A program made the position numbers and the translations under genes. DNA of 64,000 nucleotides, taken from positions 8,432,001-8,496,000 of the forward strand of contig NC_043005.1 of the NCBI RefSeq assembly GCF_006345805.1, read 5' to 3'. Of the stretch, positions 13,302 to 26,108 are shown piece by piece. Positions within the stretch are counted from its first letter, which is position 1. Every line of letters begins with the position of its first letter. Below the pieces are notes generated by a model. That model saw nothing but the letters and a program-made list of their open reading frames with translations, had not been told where the DNA came from and ran no database searches. Origin of the DNA: Octopus sinensis. Lineage: Eukaryota.

Positions 13302-13526
13302 ACTGTTGAAGAGCAAACTGATATTGAAGACGATCCATTCGCTGAGCTGTTTACAGACCAACTGAAATTCATTGCCATAGCAACTTATAGATTCTTCTCC
13401 AAAAATATTAACTGGCACAAGCTGCGTTATTACTTACAAAAGCCAAGAATTTCAAGTGAAGATCAACAAACATTTTATTTATTCTTTCGTTGCTTCAACT
13501 ATATTCAAAGTATATCACCCGATTAA
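13302..13526 (+). CDS. Candidate (terminal?) coding exon, unidentified
   Basis: Acceptor TTATTTTTACAG, 74 open codons (TVEEQTDIEDDPFAELF...) to TAA; unique sequence. Confidence 0.25.
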   Translation, partial: TVEEQTDIEDDPFAELFTDQLKFIAIATYRFFSKNINWHKLRYYLQKPRISSEDQQTFYLFFRCFNYIQSISPD

Positions 13527-13831
13527 ATTTCATTGAGATACAACTCACATATATCCAGGCGTCAAATACAGAACTTTCTTAACATCAGAACCGAATAACA
13601 TTATAAAGTGAAACTAGTTCTGCTCACATACATGTCATTATTCGTTACATAATTCGATAATTAGTAGATTCAAAATATGGATGATTTAGACGATTGATTT
13701 GAAGTGAGTTTTTGAACATGATTATTGTTTCAAACCATAGAGTATATTTAAAAAATTTAAAAGTGTTGACTTGAACACAGTAATTTGATGTAATAAAAAG
13801 GATGTTGCAAAATATTTACTTAGTACCCCCA

Positions 13832-13986
13832 AGTGGCTGTGTTGTAAGTAGCTTGCTTACCAACCACATGGTTCAGGGTTCAGTCCCACTGCGTGGCACC
13901 TTGGGCGAGTGTCTTCTACTATAGCCTCAGGCCGACCAAAATCTTGTGAGTGAATTTGGTAGACGGAAACTGAAAGAAGCCTGTAG

Positions 13987-14041
<55 letters not shown>

Positions 14042-14248
14042 TTGTGTGTCTGTGTTTGTCCCTGAACATCACTTGACAACCGGTGTTGGTGTGTTTGTTT
14101 CCCCGTAACTTAGCGGTTCCGCAAAAGAGACCGATAGAATAAGTACTAGGTTTACAAAGAATAATACCTGGGGTCGATGCGATCGACTAAAGGCGGTGCT
14201 CCAGCAAGCCTGCAGTCAAATGACTGAAACAAGTAAAAGAGTAAAAGA
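13832..14248 (+). mobile_element. SINE B
   Basis: AGTGGCTGTGTTGTAAG head through TGACTGAAACAAGTAAAAGAG tail. Confidence 0.9.
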
Positions 14249-14750
14249 GAGTGAGAGAGAGAGAGTTCTCTGCAAATAACGGTTTTCGTAGGACTGGGTA
14301 ATTAAAAGCTAATAAATTTTAGAAGAATAAAACAGATGTTTCCAAGGCAGTTGCAGCGTATTTCTATTGACTTCATGTTGACTTCGATTCCAAAGCCTAT
14401 AGCGGTCTCGATTGACGGGAATCTTCCCCTGAGCCACGTTCTTTAACTACAAACAGTATTCATGACAATGTTCTTGAAATTGTCTTTCATGGCAGAATCT
14501 GTCGTTTACCGGACGCAGTCCTTTGTAGTATTCCGTTATAGTCTATAAAATTCTGAATTTAAATCTTACAATGACATCTTTCTTAGCTTCTTCCTAAGTG
14601 TAGAGAGAGTTAGTGCCAGTCGAATATTACAACAAACTTAATCCACTGTGCTCTCAAGTCGCGTGGCTTTGGGAATAAGCGAAGTTGACAGAATAAGGAA
14701 TAAGTGATATTTATATTCTTTCCATTAGTATACGATTGTTATTTAGCACC

Positions 14751-14975
14751 AGGAAGATGCCGAGCTGGAAGAATCTTTCACACGCTGGACAAAATGTATA
14801 GGGGCATTTCTTCTGACTCTTTACCTTCTAAGTTTGAATGCTGCTAAAGGCGACGTCGCTTTTCATAATTTCGGGCTCAACAAAATAGGTAACAGTTGAG
14901 CACTGGGGTCGTTGTAATCGACTGTACTTCTCCACCTAAAATTTCAGGTCTTCTAGCTATAGTAGAAAAAGTTAT
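14751..14975 (+). mobile_element. Old diverged SINE, family A' (A-like head, different tail)
   Basis: GAGCTGGAAGAATC head, CACTGGGGTCGTTGTAATCGAC body, AAAATTTCAGGTC tail shared with the 39085 copy. Confidence 0.6.
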
Positions 14976-15060
14976 TTCCCATTATGTTACCACTGCACGG
15001 GTAGAACAATGCATTTGACTATATTATCCAATGTATTTTTCTTTTATTTACATGGATGTT

Positions 15061-15402
15061 GTGAAGACGCATGGCTCAGTGGTTAGAGCGTAGAGCTTAC
15101 AATCGTGGGGTTGTGAGTTCGATTCCCGGACCGGGCTGTGTGTTGTGTTCCTGAGCAAGACACTTTATTTCACGTTGCTCCATTTCACTCAGCTGTAGAA
15201 ATAAGTTGCGACATCACTGGTGCCAAACTGTATCGGCCCCTTTGCCTTTTCATTGGATAACATCAGTGGTGTGGAGAGGGGAGGCTGATATGCATGGGAG
15301 ACTGCTAGCCTTCCACAAACAATCTTGCCCTGACTTGTGCCTCGGAGGATAACTTTCTAGATGCAATCCCATGGTCATTCATGATCGAAGGGGTTCTCCT
15401 TC
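15061..15402 (+). mobile_element. SINE C
   Basis: A box TGGCTCAGTGG, B box GTTCGATTCC; TSD TACATGGATGTT (15049-15060) / TACACGGATGTT (15403-15414). Confidence 0.9.
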
Positions 15403-16624
15403 TACACGGATGTTACACACGTGGGATTTCGTTTCCACATAAAGGCTACCTGCTGATATATACCTACCATATCTTGCACCGTTCTGCGCATGAGCGATGT
15501 ATTTTTCTCTTACTTAAAATGACTGACAGTTTAGTAAAATTATAGAGAAAATTTCGGGGACTCGTACAAAATTTTCACATGCAGATCACTCGTAATTTTG
15601 TTATTGAAATTCTAACTGTATAGCACCAGTTTCTACACCATATTGTATTTTAAACAGGAAACTACGATAACAGCATCGGATACGTATTGCTGTTGGGTTA
15701 ATGGAAGCTGCGCGTGCCCAAATACTTTTGCGACTTCTTAGAAATACGGCTGTGTCTGGAGAAGACATAAATTAAATTATGAATTTAATCCAGTCTAGGA
15801 TTCAATATGTCTTTAAAATCCTCTTACATTTAGTACATAAAGAAAATATTCTTACGTATCATTATAGCATTGAACCAAATATAGTTCGTTTTACTTGTTT
15901 TCAGCTCTCGTTGAAAATTTTCCCTTTTAATTGAAAATTATTTATTCCTATAATTCCTAAACCCCATCTATACACACACAAACACAGACACACGCACACT
16001 CACACACACATACACACATACACACACACACACGCACACACACACACACGCCGAAAAACGCACACACACACATGCGTTTACATACATACGCACATATACA
16101 CACATATGAATACAGAAATACATCGTACATCCATGTGTGTGTGTGTGTGTGCATGCGCGCGTGTGTTTGTATTTAAGTGAGTGTATTTGTAGAATGGTTG
16201 GTAAGTTCAACAAAATGCCTTGCAGTATTTGTTGTAGATCTAGAGAGAAAGAGGGAAAAGAAAGAGATAGTGGGGGAAAAGAGAAGGAGCGAGAGGGGAC
16301 TTTAAGACTCTGCGGGAATGCGTGTTGCAAATGCCAACTAATCCTCTGGAATATTTCACAAATTGAACAACGTCTGTGTACGTTTTGTCTAAAGAAAAAC
16401 ATTTATGCACAGAACGTAAATACGACTGTATTGGTTTTCTCCGGAAACTGACGACTAGAGTGGAATTGGTGTAAGACATGACTTACACGTTTTGTCTGAA
16501 GATGTGTATAAAAAAAAACCCTATAGTAGTAATTGCGGAAAGTGCTGAAAAACAACCCCACCTACCCACCCACCCAAAATGTGACTGACAACGTTTACGT
16601 CTGACATGGACACGAGTTCACATT

Positions 16625-17001
16625 CTCTTTTACTCTTTTATCTTTTACTTGTTTCAGTGATTTGACTGCGGCCATGCTGGAGCACCGCCTTTTAGTCGAG
16701 CAAATCGACCCAGGACTTCTTCTTTGTAAGCCTAGTACTTATCCTATCGGTCTCTCTTGCCGAACCGCTAAGTAACGGGGACGTAAACACACCAGCATCG
16801 GTTGTCAAGGGATGTTGGGGAGACAAACACAGACACACAAACACACACACACACACATATATATATACATATATATATATATACGACGGGCTTCTTTCAG
16901 TTTCCGTCTACCAAATCCACTCACAAGGTTTTGGTCAGCTCGAAGCTATAGTAGAAGACACTTGCCCAAGGTGCCACGCATTGGGACTGAACCCGGAACA
17001 T
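16625..17001 (-). mobile_element. SINE B, 5'-truncated
   Basis: Reverse complement of family B from the tail to the B-box region. Confidence 0.9.
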
Positions 17002-17348
17002 ATTTATAAGGGAAAAGAACAGTTTCGATTCCATCGATTTCTGTTATGGTTTGCTACTTTTTTATACACTTGAACAAAGAATAGCTAAGTTACTATCAAG
17101 GATTTGAACTCAGAATATAAAAATATTTTAATAAATCTCGTTGAGTAATTACTTTTAGAACTCTATTTTTTCTTACTAAAAGATGTGTTATTAAGGATGT
17201 ACGATTTTCCCTGTTTCTGTCAATGGTCTGCAGCCATGCTGATACATCTTGTACGGATAATTAAAAAACAAATTACACCGGTATTCTTTTCTTAAGCCTA
17301 CTATAAAGCAGTGGCGGAAAAAATAGAAACACATTCAAATCTACATAT

Positions 17349-17719
17349 GGATATGGAAGCACTCCGTCAGTTACGACGATGAGGGTTCCGGTTGATCCGA
17401 ATCAACGGAGCAGCTTGCTCGTGAAATTAACGTGTAAGTGGCTGAGCACTCCACAGACACATGTACCCTTAACGTAGTTCTCGGGGATATTCAGCGTGAC
17501 ACAGAGAGTGACAAGGCCGGCCCCTTGAAATACGTGTACAACAGAAACAGGAAGTAAGAGTGAGAGAAAGTTGTGGTGAAAGAGTACAGCAGGGATCACC
17601 ACCATCCCCTGTCGGAGCGTCAAGGAGCTTTAGGTGTTTTCACTCAATAAACACTCACAACACCCGGTCTGGGAATCGAAACCGCGATCCTGCTGTCCTA
17701 AACACTGGGCCATTGCGCC
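17349..17719 (-). mobile_element. tRNA-derived SINE, family D, 14-bp TSD
   Basis: TCAAATCTACATAT at 17335-17348 and 17720-17733; small internal deletion in the tRNA head. Confidence 0.92.
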
Positions 17720-18446
17720 TCAAATCTACATATACGAATGGCACCTACACAGTTTCTGTGTTAAAAACAATCACTCACTGGGAGCGTTAGTCGACCCAGA
17801 GTTAAAATAGGAAGACACTTGACTCGTCGTCCCGCTGTAAAACTGAACCGGAGATAACGTGATTCCGAAGCAAACGTCTTAAGCCTACTGACATACTTGT
17901 GCCTAAAACGTTTATGCCAAATAAATAGTTGCATATTTCGCGAGTACGCAAAGCTTATTATAAATCCTTCTAAAATTCAATGGTGCTTTTTTGACCATCG
18001 AGTAAGAAGAGAAGCAACACGAAATGTATATTCAGATTATATAAGGACGTAATTTAATACAAATAAGTTTTAAACTGCTTGTATCACGCCATTGCATAAT
18101 ATTATTTCCAATTTATGGACAAATTCTCGCCTTTTTATTAGACTCAAGTGCCACATATTTGTGATAAAACTACACATCCGCATTAGAAGAGAATATAGGG
18201 GAGATCCTTCTGGTCGGGGATGCCTTGCACGAAATTATATTCTGGAAGTGACTATTCAATATATATATTATCATTTACTGTCCATAACAAACCCAAATGA
18301 AATATATACCGATACCACTGTCCGGCCTAATACTGTGTCACTTTAATCTGGTATCTAATCCCCAGAGAGGTTAATCAAGTCTGGCAGTAGAATGTGTTGC
18401 CCAGGGGAAATACAACGGGATATTAGACAATTATTCGAAGTATGAT

Positions 18447-18625
18447 TAGGCGCAGGAGTGGCTGTGTGGTAAGTAGCTTGCTAACCAACCACATGGTTCC
18501 GGGTTCAGCCCCACTGCGTGGCATCTTGGGCGAGTGTCTTCTGCTATAGCCTCGGGCCGACCAAAGCCTTGTGAGTGGATTTGGTAGACGGAAACTGAAA
18601 GAAGCCTGTCGTATATATATATATC

Positions 18626-18660
<35 letters not shown>

Positions 18661-18910
18661 GTATATATATATATGTGAGTGTGTTTGTATGTGTTTGCGT
18701 GTCTGTGGTTGTTCCCCTAGCATTGCTTGACAACCGATGCTGGTGTGTTTACGTCCCCGTAACTTAGCGGTTCGGCAAAAGAGACCGATAGAATAAGTAC
18801 TGGGCTTACAAAGAATAAGTCCCGGGGTCGATTTGCTCGACTAAAGGCGGTGCTCCAGCATGGCCGCAGTCAAATGACTGAAACAAGTAAAATAGTAAAA
18901 GAGTAAAAGA
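18447..18910 (+). mobile_element. tRNA-derived SINE, family B (full length, internal (TA)/(TG) microsatellite)
   Basis: AGGCGCAGGAGTGGCTGTGTGG (A-box-like), GGTTCAGCCC (B-box-like), tail GGCGGTGCTCCAGCATGGCCGCAGTCAAATGACTGAAAC(AAGTAAAAG)n. Confidence 0.92.
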
Positions 18911-21345
18911 ATGGATCTCTGCTTCATAAATAATATGGATCTCATCCATAATGTGAAAGTGACACCGACACTACTCTCGGATCACAACATGGTAGAGCTG
19001 ACATGCATGGACATGCAGCCTACAATAAACTCTCAGAATCTTTCCAGCTTAAATTTCAATAAGGCAAACTGGAAAGAAATTGAGAAAGAGATCCTCAAAC
19101 AAAACTGGCCTGAATGTATCTCCTCGCCAGATATCGACATGAAACTTCAACAATTCATGTCTGTAATGCAAGCCATATGCTACAAATGTGTCCCAGAGAG
19201 AAAGGCCACTATATACAAGAACAAAATCCCCAGAGAGAGGAAAATTCTAATGAGACGGCGTACAAAAATCTTAAATCGCCTAAACAAACAAATTGAAAGC
19301 AGTGAAAAGTCCCGCCTGAAAATGAAACTGTTGGAAATTGAAAAATGTATGCAACTCTACTATGAAAAGGAAAGAGCAGACAAAGAAGCCTGGGCTATAG
19401 ACAACATAAAATCTAACCCCAGAGCTTTCTACAGGTATGCCAAAGAAACAGCTACGGTGCACTGTAGGATAGGGCCACTCCTTGAAAGGGATGGCACATT
19501 CACAGGAAATCCAATGAGGGTAAGTGAAATACTAAATGAGCAATTCAAGAGTGTTTTCACCCCACCCCTTGGGCATTTCCAAATCAGCAATCCAACTGAC
19601 TTCTTCACCACTGCAGATATGGGGTCAGAGGTGGCGATGATTGATTACATCAATATAAAGGAAGACGATGAAATAAAGGCTATAGATGAGATGAAAACAA
19701 ACTCAGCTACTGGCCCCGATGGATTCCCGGCAATCCTTCTAAAAGTACGTAAGAGAGTCCTAGCAAGACCACTGCAGTCTCTCTTTCAGAGCTTCCTTGC
19801 AACTGGCAAACTTCCAAGAAAACTGAAGGAAGGTAAAATATGCCCTATTCATAAAGGAGTTAGCAGAGCGGAGGCCAAGAACTACAGACCTATCTCTCTG
19901 ACCTCACACATCAGCAAGGTCATGGAACGAATAGTCAGAAGGAAACTAATCACCTTCCTTGAAGAAAATGACTTGCTGCCTGACACCCAACATGGTTTCC
20001 GACCAGGAAGAAGCTGCTTAACTCAGCTCCTACAACACTATGACTGGGTGCTGAAACGACTGCTCAACCACTCATATGTGGAAGTGATATAACTCGACTT
20101 TGCAAAGGCCTTTGATAAAGTCGATCATGGAATGATATGTCACAAACTGCGAGATCTTGGCATAGTTGGAAAATTGGGAGAATAGCTTCATGACTTTCTG
20201 AAGAATAGAAGTCAGGTGGTAGTAGCCAATGGGGCCACTTCCATTAACACGCAAATAGTGAGCGGTGTTCCGCAGGGCACTGTTTTGGGACCACTACTGT
20301 TCATAATGGCCCTCTCATACATGCCCTCAGCCACGCAGAGAGCCACGATCACAAGTTATGCAGATGATACAAAAGTTTCACAGGCAATACATAACCCTGA
20401 AGACATTAAGCACCTGCAATGTGAGCTGGACAAAATATACAAGTGGGCTGAAAAGAATAGCATGCAGTTCAATGCTGAAAAGTTTCAAGCTTTATGCTAT
20501 CAGCATGCAAAACTGAATGCAATACCCAATGAATACACTGGACCCGGAGGAATTGCAATCCCAGAGGCACAATCAGTGCGAGACCTGGGTATTCACATGA
20601 GTGATGACGCGACCTTTCATGTACATGTTGCTAAACTGGCAATGAAATGTAGACGGCTGGCCGGATGGATTCTTAGAACCTTCAGAACAAGAGAACAAGA
20701 AACCATGATGGTCCTCTGGAAGACACTTGTCCTAAGACACTTTGACTATTGCTCTCAGCTATGGTCACCATCCAGTGTCAAGTTGATCACAGAACTTGAG
20801 GCAATCCAACGAAGCTACACGAAGAAGATAGCCTCTGTGCAGCATATAAGCTACTGGGAAAGACTCAAGAGATTAAAACTCTATTCCTTGGAGCGTAGGC
20901 GAGAAAGATATGCCATAATATATATCTGGAAGATCCTGGAAAGACTTGTCCCAAACTTTGGCATCGAGAGTCACACAAATGCCAGAACCGGGCGCCACTG
21001 CGTGGTACCAAGGACTCCAAATTTGCCATCAAGATATAGGACAAGATATTGTGATAGCCTGGGCTTCAGAGGCCCACAGCTCTTCAATATCCTCCCGAAG
21101 AACCTGAGGGACCTGCATGGTGTAGATGCGGATGTCTTTAAAGTAGGACTGGATCTCTTCCTGTCAGATGTCCCGGATGAACCAACTTCACAGCAGGAGG
21201 TGCAGATGAGGGCAGCTGTATCGAACTCTCTCATGCACCAAATGGCAGTTGCTAAAAAGCATTCGTGAGGTAAAATCATGTAGCAAACCAAATGGCGGTG
21301 CCCCAGCATGGCCACAGCTCATGAGCTGAAACTGGGAAAATCAAA
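18911..21345 (+). mobile_element. 5'-truncated CR1/L2-group LINE; ORF2 (end of APE endonuclease plus RT) with two in-frame stops
   Basis: SDH motif, KNYRPISLTSHISKVMERI, QHGFRPGRSCLTQLL, I*LDFAKAFDKVDH, GVPQGTVLGPLLF, YADDTK, RDLG, YWERLKRLKLYSLERRRER. ORFs 18911-20092 and 20216-21268 share one frame, broken by TAA at 20090-92 and TAG at 20183-85; short 3'UTR. Confidence 0.92.
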
Positions 21346-21647
21346 ATCATCAATTCAATGTAATCTAAGATTTGTGATGTGAGAACTGAATTTGGATAAA
21401 CTGCCGTGCTTCTGAGATTACCATTATACCGGCACCGGCTGTTGGTATGACGCCGTACGAAGCGTATGGCTCACTCACTGCTCGGTGACGTTGAATCATT
21501 TTTCAGCTCTGTATTAATTCGTTTTATATCAACAATGTGGTGTTTCCTCGATATACGTAATACCATTATAATCACTCTGATCATCAACGACATCATAATA
21601 TCAACACAATCATCGTTGTCATCGTCATCGCCGTAGTCGTCGTTGTC

Positions 21648-21745
<98 letters not shown>

Positions 21746-22222
21746 CATCCTCATCATCATCATCATCATCCAGGTGATCACCACCATTATGGCATTGCCC
21801 TGTTTTATATGCTATCACCATCACCAACACCATCAACATCATGACCAACTTCAACAATGTTATTATAACTGACAAAGTCACAACTTGCTCCTTATAATTA
21901 TTTTTGTAACTTCCTTTCTATGTATATATTCCCCTATCCGTTTATCTATTTCATCTTTTCCTACATACTTCTATCAACCTCACTCCCAACTCCGTCCACT
22001 CTATTATATTACCTCTGTGAATAGCTATATATCAATTCATAGTCTTATTGGCTCATATAGGCTCATCCTTTCAGCTGATGATACGTTGCGGTAGAGCCGT
22101 GCGACGTCTTTCGGCGTGTGTTCTAGGTTTATCAGATACTCGTAAATTTGTCTTTTGCTCATGGCAGCGTCATTTTAAGCTGCTTGAATCGTGACAACTG
22201 TTTCAGCCGCTGTTTTCCACAG

Positions 22223-22398
22223 CAGAAAACAGAATTTCACGAAAGCAGACTGTTCCTTTGTTTCAACCATGCTAAATATCAAAAAGCCATGGAAGAAGCA
22301 CTGCAAAAGAAATATGCACCATGTGGAATTACGACTCCACACGATGACGCCGTCGGCAGAACGATGACTGAGAATCCCATCAAGTGGCCTCTAGCGGC
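22223..22398 (+). CDS. Candidate internal coding exon of an unidentified host gene
   Basis: Acceptor TTTTCCACAG, open frame QKTEFHESRLFLCFNHAKYQKAMEEALQKKYAPCG..., donor GC|GTAAGC; non-repetitive sequence; no protein family recognised. Confidence 0.35.
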
Positions 22399-22474
22399 GT
22401 AAGCCTGAACTACAAGTCACTTGTTCCACAGAGCACGTTTCCTGTTACTTTTGGGTAACCCGTCGTATGTATGT

Positions 22475-22860
22475 GGATGGAAGCACCTCGTCGGTTACGA
22501 CGACGAGGGTTCCGGTTGATCCAAATCAACGGAACAGCCTGCTCGTGAAATCAACGTGCAAGTGGCTGAGCACCCCACAGACACGTGCACCCTTAACGTA
22601 GTTCTCGGGGATATTCAGCGTGACACAAGAGAGTGACAAGGCCGGCCCTTTGAAATACAGGGACAACAGAAACAGGAAGTAAGAGTGAGAGAAAGTTGTG
22701 GCGAAAGAGTACAGCAGGGATCAGCACCATCCCCTGCCGGAGCCTCGTGGAGCTTTAGGTGTTTTCGCTCAATAAGCACTCAGCGCCCGGTCTGGGAATC
22801 GAAACCGCGATCCTACGACCGCGAGTCCGCTGCCCTAACCACTGGGCAATTGCGCCTCCA
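22475..22860 (-). mobile_element. SINE D, 11-bp TSD
   Basis: CGTATGTATGT at 22464-22474 and 22861-22871. Confidence 0.92.
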
Positions 22861-22889
22861 CGTATGTATGTATGTACGTATGTATGTAT

Positions 22890-23278
22890 TTTATCCTTTA
22901 CCTCTTTCAGTCATTAGACTGCGGCCATGCTGAGGCACAGCCTTGAAAAATTTTAGTAGAAAGAACCGGCCCAGTACTTTTTTTCTTTTTAAGCCTGGTA
23001 CTTATCCTATCGATCACGTTAATCGAATCATTAAGTTATGGGAATGTAAACACACCAAGACCGGTTACCAAGCGTCGGAGCGGTGGCAAAACCCAGACAC
23101 AAAGGCATACACATATTTATATACACATGCGACGTGTTTCCTTCAGTTTCCGTCTACCAAATCCACTGACAAGGCTCTGGTCGGTCCGAGGGTACTAGTA
23201 GTTGCCCAAGATAACACACAGTGGGACTGAACCTGGGACCATGTGATTGGGTCACAACCTTCATAACACATAGCCGCC
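22890..23278 (-). mobile_element. Older SINE B variant
   Basis: TTTCAGTCATTAGACTGCGGCCATGCTG tail; CAGTTTCCGTCTACCAAATCCAC and GGGACTGAACC body, otherwise diverged. Confidence 0.75.
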
Positions 23279-23613
23279 ACGTCTGAGCCTATATGTTGAA
23301 TTGTGTTCACCAACTGAGAGAAAAGTGATCAATATATGCTGACGACAATATGATTTTATTGAAAATGAATGTTGTTTCCAGTGACTGGCGTTTCACATGA
23401 CTGCGATCTTTCAGCGTGATCTAATAAACAGGCATGTTATTCTCTGTGCTTGCTCTTGCATATAGAAGTAGCGTGAAAACCGAGCCGCGGGAGATGCTTT
23501 TAGTTTTAAGGAACCAATGTCGGAAACCACTAATGTAAAGTGAGTGTGTACGTCTGTGTGTTTGCGCGCGCGTGTGTTGTGTATGCATGTATATATATAT
23601 ACACCACATATAC

Positions 23614-23652
<39 letters not shown>

Positions 23653-23726
23653 GTGTGTGTGTGTGTGTGTATGTGTGTGTGTGTGCGTGGTGTATAAATA
23701 TATATATTATATATATATATATTATA

Positions 23727-23761
<35 letters not shown>

Positions 23762-23763
<2 letters not shown>

Positions 23764-23844
23764 GTAAATGTAATATGTGACAATTATTCGGTAGCCATTC
23801 GGAGTTTATGGCTACCGAATAATTGTCATATATTACATTTACAG
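23762..23844. repeat. Hairpin, 37-bp arms, 9-nt loop
   Basis: CTGTAAATGTAATATGTGACAATTATTCGGTAGCCAT / ATGGCTACCGAATAATTGTCATATATTACATTTACAG, one mismatch. Confidence 0.95.
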
Positions 23845-23949
23845 TTAAATTCCTCTATTTACATAATATCGAGTCTCTTGCATTCTTTTGTTGTCTTACC
23901 ATTTCTATCAATATACATACATACATACATACATACATACATAAATAAA

Positions 23950-24023
<74 letters not shown>

Positions 24024-24039
24024 GTGTGTGTGGGTCTTT

Positions 24040-24228
24040 CAAAATGTGACCTCGTGTGTACCGTTGGCGATTTTTTTTCCTCTGTCTTCCCTTCTTTGGA
24101 TCTATCCTTCTCCTATGTTTTCGACGAAGAGCTCCGCTCGAAACGTTAAACCCTCCTTCTTCCCTTCTTTCCTGAGCGTCCAATAATACTCTATTTGTTC
24201 CACGTCCTCGCGTTGTTGTGTTTTAACT
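24040..24228 (+). mobile_element. Family G short element; 3' fragments also at 1417-1510 and 57304-57399
   Basis: Shared CCTTCTTTCCTGAGCGTCCAATAA...CCACGTCCTCGCGTTG...TTAACT then (TA)n. Confidence 0.75.
24117..24151 (+). ncRNA. Degenerate hammerhead-like fold (family G)
   Basis: GTTT / TCGACGA / A / GAGC-TCC-GCTC / GAAA / CG / TT / AAAC. Confidence 0.4.
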
Positions 24229-24693
24229 ATATATATAGATACAGATATATCAAAGGTTTTGGTATCCAAAAGTCCCCAAAGGCACGTAATGCTATGTAAG
24301 TGCTGCAGAAGGGCCACTGTTAGGCTCCCGGATCGATAATAGTATGAATGAGGAGTCTAACGCGGGTCGTGTGTGAGCGTGTATACGTCAAATCAAATGA
24401 GACAACAAAATCAAGGCAGTGTGAAATAATCTAGGACATTTATAAAGAGAAATGTAGTCTTAGAGCTGTTTCAGGATATAAAAGATATCCACTCATCATA
24501 GGTGATATGAGAGAGTTAACTAGAAGGGAATATTAGTGCTCAATATGAGAAGTTATTTTAGAAAGGGAGAGATATAGGAAGTATAAAGGGAAATGTGAAA
24601 ATAAAAATTAAAATATGCATTCGGTGTAAAGTCGCTGTTCCGTTATGCAAGGAATGTTCTGTGTAGAATAGCTAAAAATGCTTCTTGCACATA

Positions 24694-25108
24694 CTCTTTT
24701 TAGTCTTTTACTCTTTTACTTGTTTCAGTCATTTTGACTGCGGCCATGCTGGAGCACCGCCTTTTAGTCGAGCAAATCGACCCTAGGACTTATTCTTTGT
24801 AAGCCTAGTACTTATCCTATCGGTCCCTTTTGCCGAACCGCTAAGTGACGGGGACGTAAACACACCAGCACCGGTTGTCAAGCGATGTTGGGGAGACAAA
24901 CACAGACACACAAACACACACATATATATATATATATATACATATATATACGGCGGGCTTCTTTCAGTTTCCGTCTACCGAATCCACTCACAAGGCTTTG
25001 GTCAGCCCGAGGCTATAGTAGAAGACACTTGCCCAAGGTGCCACGCAGTGGGACTGAACCCGGAGCCATGTGGTTAGTAAGCAAGCTACTTACCACACAG
25101 CCACTCCA
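24694..25108 (-). mobile_element. SINE B
   Basis: Near full-length reverse complement copy. Confidence 0.9.
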
Positions 25109-25159
25109 GCAGTCTATATTTTGCTATTACAAATGGATATTCTTGCATTGCTTGCTACT

Positions 25160-26108
25160 ATGCAAGGATATCGCCCGTTGCGGAAACTTTTCGTTGAGTA
25201 ATGCAAGCGTTCGGTACAAAGTGTGACAGGTCGCTCCTCCATCATGCTGAAACCAGAGGTTGTCAATCTCCGTATCTTCCAAGTTCGGTCATAACTGAAT
25301 GGATATCATGTCTCGGTGATGTTCGCCATTAATGGTAACTGCATTCCCCATATCATTTTCAATAAAGAACGGTCCAAGCACTCCACCTGCCCCAAAACCA
25401 CACAACACAGTCGGTTTCCTTGGATGCGTTTCACTCTCTTGCGTTATTTGAGGATTTTTATCTTCCCCAAATCCGGCAGAGCTGTTTAATGACAAATCCA
25501 CTCAAATGGCAGTGGGCCTCCTCACTGAAGATGATTTTCTTTGCAAAATTCGTTAGCTCCAAGTCTTTCCACAACCCAGTCAGCAAATTTCCTCCGCCTC
25601 CCGTGGTCAGGTGGCTGAAAATGCAGCGTCAGTTGTATTTTGTACGCATTCATATGGGAATCGTTATGCAAAATTCAATGTGATAAAGTAGTCGGGACGC
25701 CATATTGCTGCGAACGTAGGCGAATCGATTTTCCCGGACACAGAGTGACACTGTCTCGGACAACGGCAATTTGTTGCTCTCTCCTATGAGAACGGTTCCG
25801 CCCAGGCTATTTACCCGTTGCAACTGAACCAGCTGTTTTAAACTTCGCCATCAGTACCAAAAGTGTTACGAAGTTTTCGAGCTGTTTGCGTCGCACCTTC
25901 TCTGATTTGGTACAATGTCTTCACGATGAGAACACGTTATTCAGATGTAAATTGCTCCATGACACACTGCGCACTATTCTGAGAAACAAACAAAAAACTA
26001 TTAATCGGAGTGAAGACAGATAGCAAACATGATAAAAGCATGTATTCAAACTTCAAATCACAAACGTGTCACCCAATTGAAATTCGGCGCTCTTTATGGA
26101 ACACCCTG
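25160..26108 (-). mobile_element. Tc1/mariner-superfamily transposon, 5' part, degenerate transposase
   Basis: TA|CAGGGTGTTCC terminus at 26108; ATG at 25960; YKIQL, IFSEEAHCHLSGFV, CRIWG, GPFFIEN, WFQHDG.ATCHT motifs; second TIR absent. Confidence 0.85.

Noticed and set aside
22073-22140. CTGATGA (plus) and CTGATAA...CCGAAAG (minus) as hammerheads
   Set aside because: No compatible stems on either strand
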